From positions 434,001 through 498,000 of the forward strand of contig QPMI01000408.1 of the NCBI GenBank assembly GCA_004431415.1: 64,000 bases of DNA. The letters run 5' to 3'. The stretch is from Cyanophora paradoxa CCMP329. Taxonomy: Eukaryota > Plantae > Glaucophyta. The notes under the pieces are model-generated. The model made no database searches. It was not told the DNA's origin and saw nothing but the letters and a program-made list of their open reading frames with translations. This document shows positions 61,225 to 64,000 of this stretch, in pieces. Every line of letters begins with the position of its first letter. The stretch's first letter is position 1. The position numbers and the translations under genes were made by a program.

Positions 61225-61657
61225 CCGTCCTCGCAGCGGGGCGCATCTGGTCAGGTGATCGGCGTCCGAGGCTCCGGATCCCAATGATCTATAGCTATAC
61301 TAGTTTATTCGTGTTGATTGAAGTCGTCCATGATCACAGTCCTCATGCCTTGCATATGCATGTAGTGCAACATTGTAGCCTAGTAGTACTAGTGCAAAAC
61401 GCAGTGCAAACGTTGACCGCTTTTCACTACTAGCCCAGTAGTCTAGTCACTGAGTGTTGCAGTACGGAAGTGTTTGAATTTCCTGTGACCTTTACGCAAA
61501 TTAGTGCAAATTTTCCTTGCAACTGAAAACTGTACATGCATGATGTATTGTAGTACATGCATGATGTATTGTAGTACAGTATACGTATGTACCGTAGTAG
61601 GCGTGTTTCAAATCACAATATTTTGATCATGATCGAGCCTCGTGGCGTGCCTGTTTG

Positions 61658-62178
61658 GGGAGTTGCCTCCGCGCCCGCGGCGCCGCCCTCGCGGGGCACG
61701 CGTGGTCCTCCGGGTGTCTGTGCTTCTGCGGGAGCGGAGCTAAGCGACGCGTGGCACATCTCTGCGCGATCGCCGCACCAGGCAGAGCGCTGCGGATGCC
61801 GCAATGCGTGGGCGAGGCGTGCGCCGTCAGGCGGGGCCGCCGCGCCTTCAAGCGGCCGCGTACGCGCACCTTGCTTGCAGCCACCGCAGACGACGCCCCC
61901 GATGAGCTTCTCTGCGCACTGCTGCACGGCGCAGCCCGTCCTGTAGATCGCCTGCGAGGGTTCGGAACTCGTGTGCCCACGGCGACGCAGTCGTGGCCGG
62001 CCCCGTCCCCCGCGATGTCCCTGGGGTGCCGGCACGGCCCGCAGAAAGCTGCGAGAGTCAGCGCTCCCGCGCGCGGGGCGCGCGGCTGCCGCTCACCTTT
62101 GCTGCAGCGCGTGCAGACGGCCGGGAGGAAATCAGTCGAAGCGCACTGGGCGCACACCCTTCCGATCTCCAGCTCCAT
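61658..62178 (-). pseudogene. ZFAND1: 3'-truncated ZFAND1 copy (AN1 fingers only)
   Basis: The duplication breakpoint removes everything after RRQLPK. A 1-nt deletion lies near 61976. Confidence 0.7.
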
Positions 62179-62299
62179 CGCTATGAGGTGAGCAGCTTGA
62201 AGTTCAAGACTTCAAGTGGCGGTCCGGGTACGAAAACCAACAGGCGTCGGCTTGGCAAACGCGTAGGGCAGCTTGCGGCGCGCAGGACAGCGCAGCACG

Positions 62300-63184
62300 A
62301 TGTCGGCGCAGCCCAGCGGTAACATGGCTCCGGCCGCGGCCGCGCAGCCGGCGGCGCCGTCGAAGTACAAGTACACGGGCAGCCACCCCATCGCGGCGAC
62401 ATTCCACGTGCTCTTCAAGGCCTCTGCGCTGTTCATGTACATGTTCTCCTCCCTCTTCACCGACAGCTTTGTAACCAACTTTGTTATCATCACCCTTCTT
62501 CTCGCGTTCGACTTCTGGACAGTAAAGGTTCGCGCACCACCGTGCATTGTCGGAGAAGCGCTTAGCTTGCCCCTACGGACCGAAGCCATATGAAGCGCTC
62601 GCGCCGTCTGACCGCCCGCCCCGCGCTCGCCCGCCGGCGCCGCCACCGCGCGGCCTGGCTGCAGGCGGGTGAATGCACAAGCGCTCTGACCGTTCGACCG
62701 CGCAGAACGTCACGGGCCGCTTGTTAGTCGGCCTGAGGTGGTGGAACGAGGTCAAGGAAGACGGCAGCAACGAGTGGATCTTCGAGTCGGCAGGGGTGCG
62801 CTCGGCGCCAGCTAGCATCCGTTTCCATCTTATAGCTCTCCGATGCCCACAGGAAACGAAGACGATCAGCTCGTCGGACAAGACCATCTTCTGGGGCGCC
62901 CTCCTCATCGCCCCCGGCCTCTGGGGCCTGTTCGCCTTCACGTGCCTGTTTACATTCAAGTTCCAATGGCTCACTGTGGTCATCCTGGCGCTCGTCCTGA
63001 ACTGCGCCAATGTCGTCGGCTATGTGAAGTGCAACAAAGGTCCGTTCTCCTTTTCTTCTCTTTCCCGAAACGAGTCCTCTGTTACGTTGACTGACTACTC
63101 TCTGCAGACGCGAAGAAGAAGGTCCAGCAAGGTCTGGCGACCGCGTCTCTCACAGCGCTAACAGGATGGTTCTCGCGTTCGTAG
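62300..63184 (+). CDS. TVP23: TVP23, duplicate copy
   Basis: Exons match 55041-55928. Confidence 0.88.
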
Positions 63185-63591
63185 CTGTAGGTAGAAACCG
63201 CCCCTCCATTCGCGTTCCTCTTCCTTCCTTTCCTCCTGCACTATATTTTTGTCGATCAGCAGCCCTTTGAATATTCTCGTCGATCCGAATTCGAAGCCCT
63301 TCGCACGCCGTGCCGCCCACACATCGGCCTTAAGCTTACAGCATCTAGCGCAGCCAGCATGGACGGGAATTGTCAGTGCGCGGCCTGGCCGTGCGCGCTG
63401 AACTGGAGAACGCCGAGTCGTGCTGCACTGTGCGGCTGCTATCTGGTTGACATAGAACTCCCGTGCCACAGAGCGCCACGGCGTGCGAGGCCGGCACATG
63501 CATGCTCCCCGTGGACAGTTCAAGGACCGCACACTGGTACGCACGAAGACCCTAGTTACTAGTTTATTGCTACAAAGGACATTCAAGCTTT

Positions 63592-63900
63592 TCACTTGAA
63601 CTTGCTCGAGAAGCCCGAGCCAGCGCTGCCCATCTGAGCGGTTGAAAATAAGTGACGCACGGCGGATGCGCGGAACGAGAGCAGAAGAGCGAACCTTCTG
63701 GGCCTGGCCGGCGGTCTGGGCGGCCTTCTCCTTCGCCTTGGCGAGGACGATCTCGCGGATGCAGTCGATGTCAAGGAGGAACGCGAAGCAGCCCATCTGG
63801 GACTTCGCCGCCTTGATGAGCGCCTCCTCGGCCGCCTTCTCTGTAAACCGAAGACGTCAGACCGCGAGCGCGAAAGCTGGGTTGAGCTGGCGACACCCAT
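63592..63900 (-). CDS. Small hypothetical protein, duplicate copy
   Basis: Matches 56336-56644. Confidence 0.55.
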   Translation of the reverse strand: MGVASSTQLSRSRSDVFGLQRRRPRRRSSRRRSPRWAASRSSLTSTASARSSSPRRRRRPPRPPARPRRFALLLSFRASAVRHLFSTAQMGSAGSGFSSKFK

Positions 63901-64000
63901 CCCTTCACTACTTCGTTTAGCGTCGAACCACACGGGGCACGCCTCGAGGCGATCATAGATAGCTTTCTAGATCGACGATTCCATCGAAGCTAGGCGTCAC

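Larger units (their letters stand above)
61658..64000. repeat. Near-identical segmental duplicate of about 54398-56744 (offset ~7.26 kb)
   Basis: Base-for-base match apart from a few 1-nt indels in C-runs. Continues to the window end. Confidence 0.95.

Overview
GC-rich, intron-dense eukaryotic nuclear DNA with most introns about 55-110 nt. It is probably from an alga, because it carries a DUF1995 gene with a transit-peptide-like N-terminus; a glaucophyte such as Cyanophora is a guess only. The ORF track is mostly GC shadow frames, so genes were rebuilt by hand from splice sites and protein motifs. In order: two tail-to-tail copies of an L1/Tx1-like LINE (1-5468); a TmcB/TmcC-like membrane/TPR/multi-PAS gene (about 6.9-18.8 kb); a large low-complexity minus-strand gene (about 19.9-31.6 kb); a ~40-intron myosin-VI-like motor spliced in frame to IQ, LRR and TIR domains (32.1-39.6 kb); a degenerate Ariadne-like RBR gene; an HA-repeat + DUF1995 gene; an F-box/LRR gene; ZFAND1, TVP23, a 63-aa gene and two C2-like paralogs; and a near-identical duplicate of the ZFAND1/TVP23 block at the right end. 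Two observations stand out. The first is the myosin-LRR-TIR fusion, which retains the TIR catalytic Glu. The second is a pervasive 6-bp inverted micro-triplication signature (X -> X X' X with a 3-nt X), seen directly in three homolog comparisons, which probably builds the palindrome-saturated intergenic islands. GC-AG introns are also unusually frequent.
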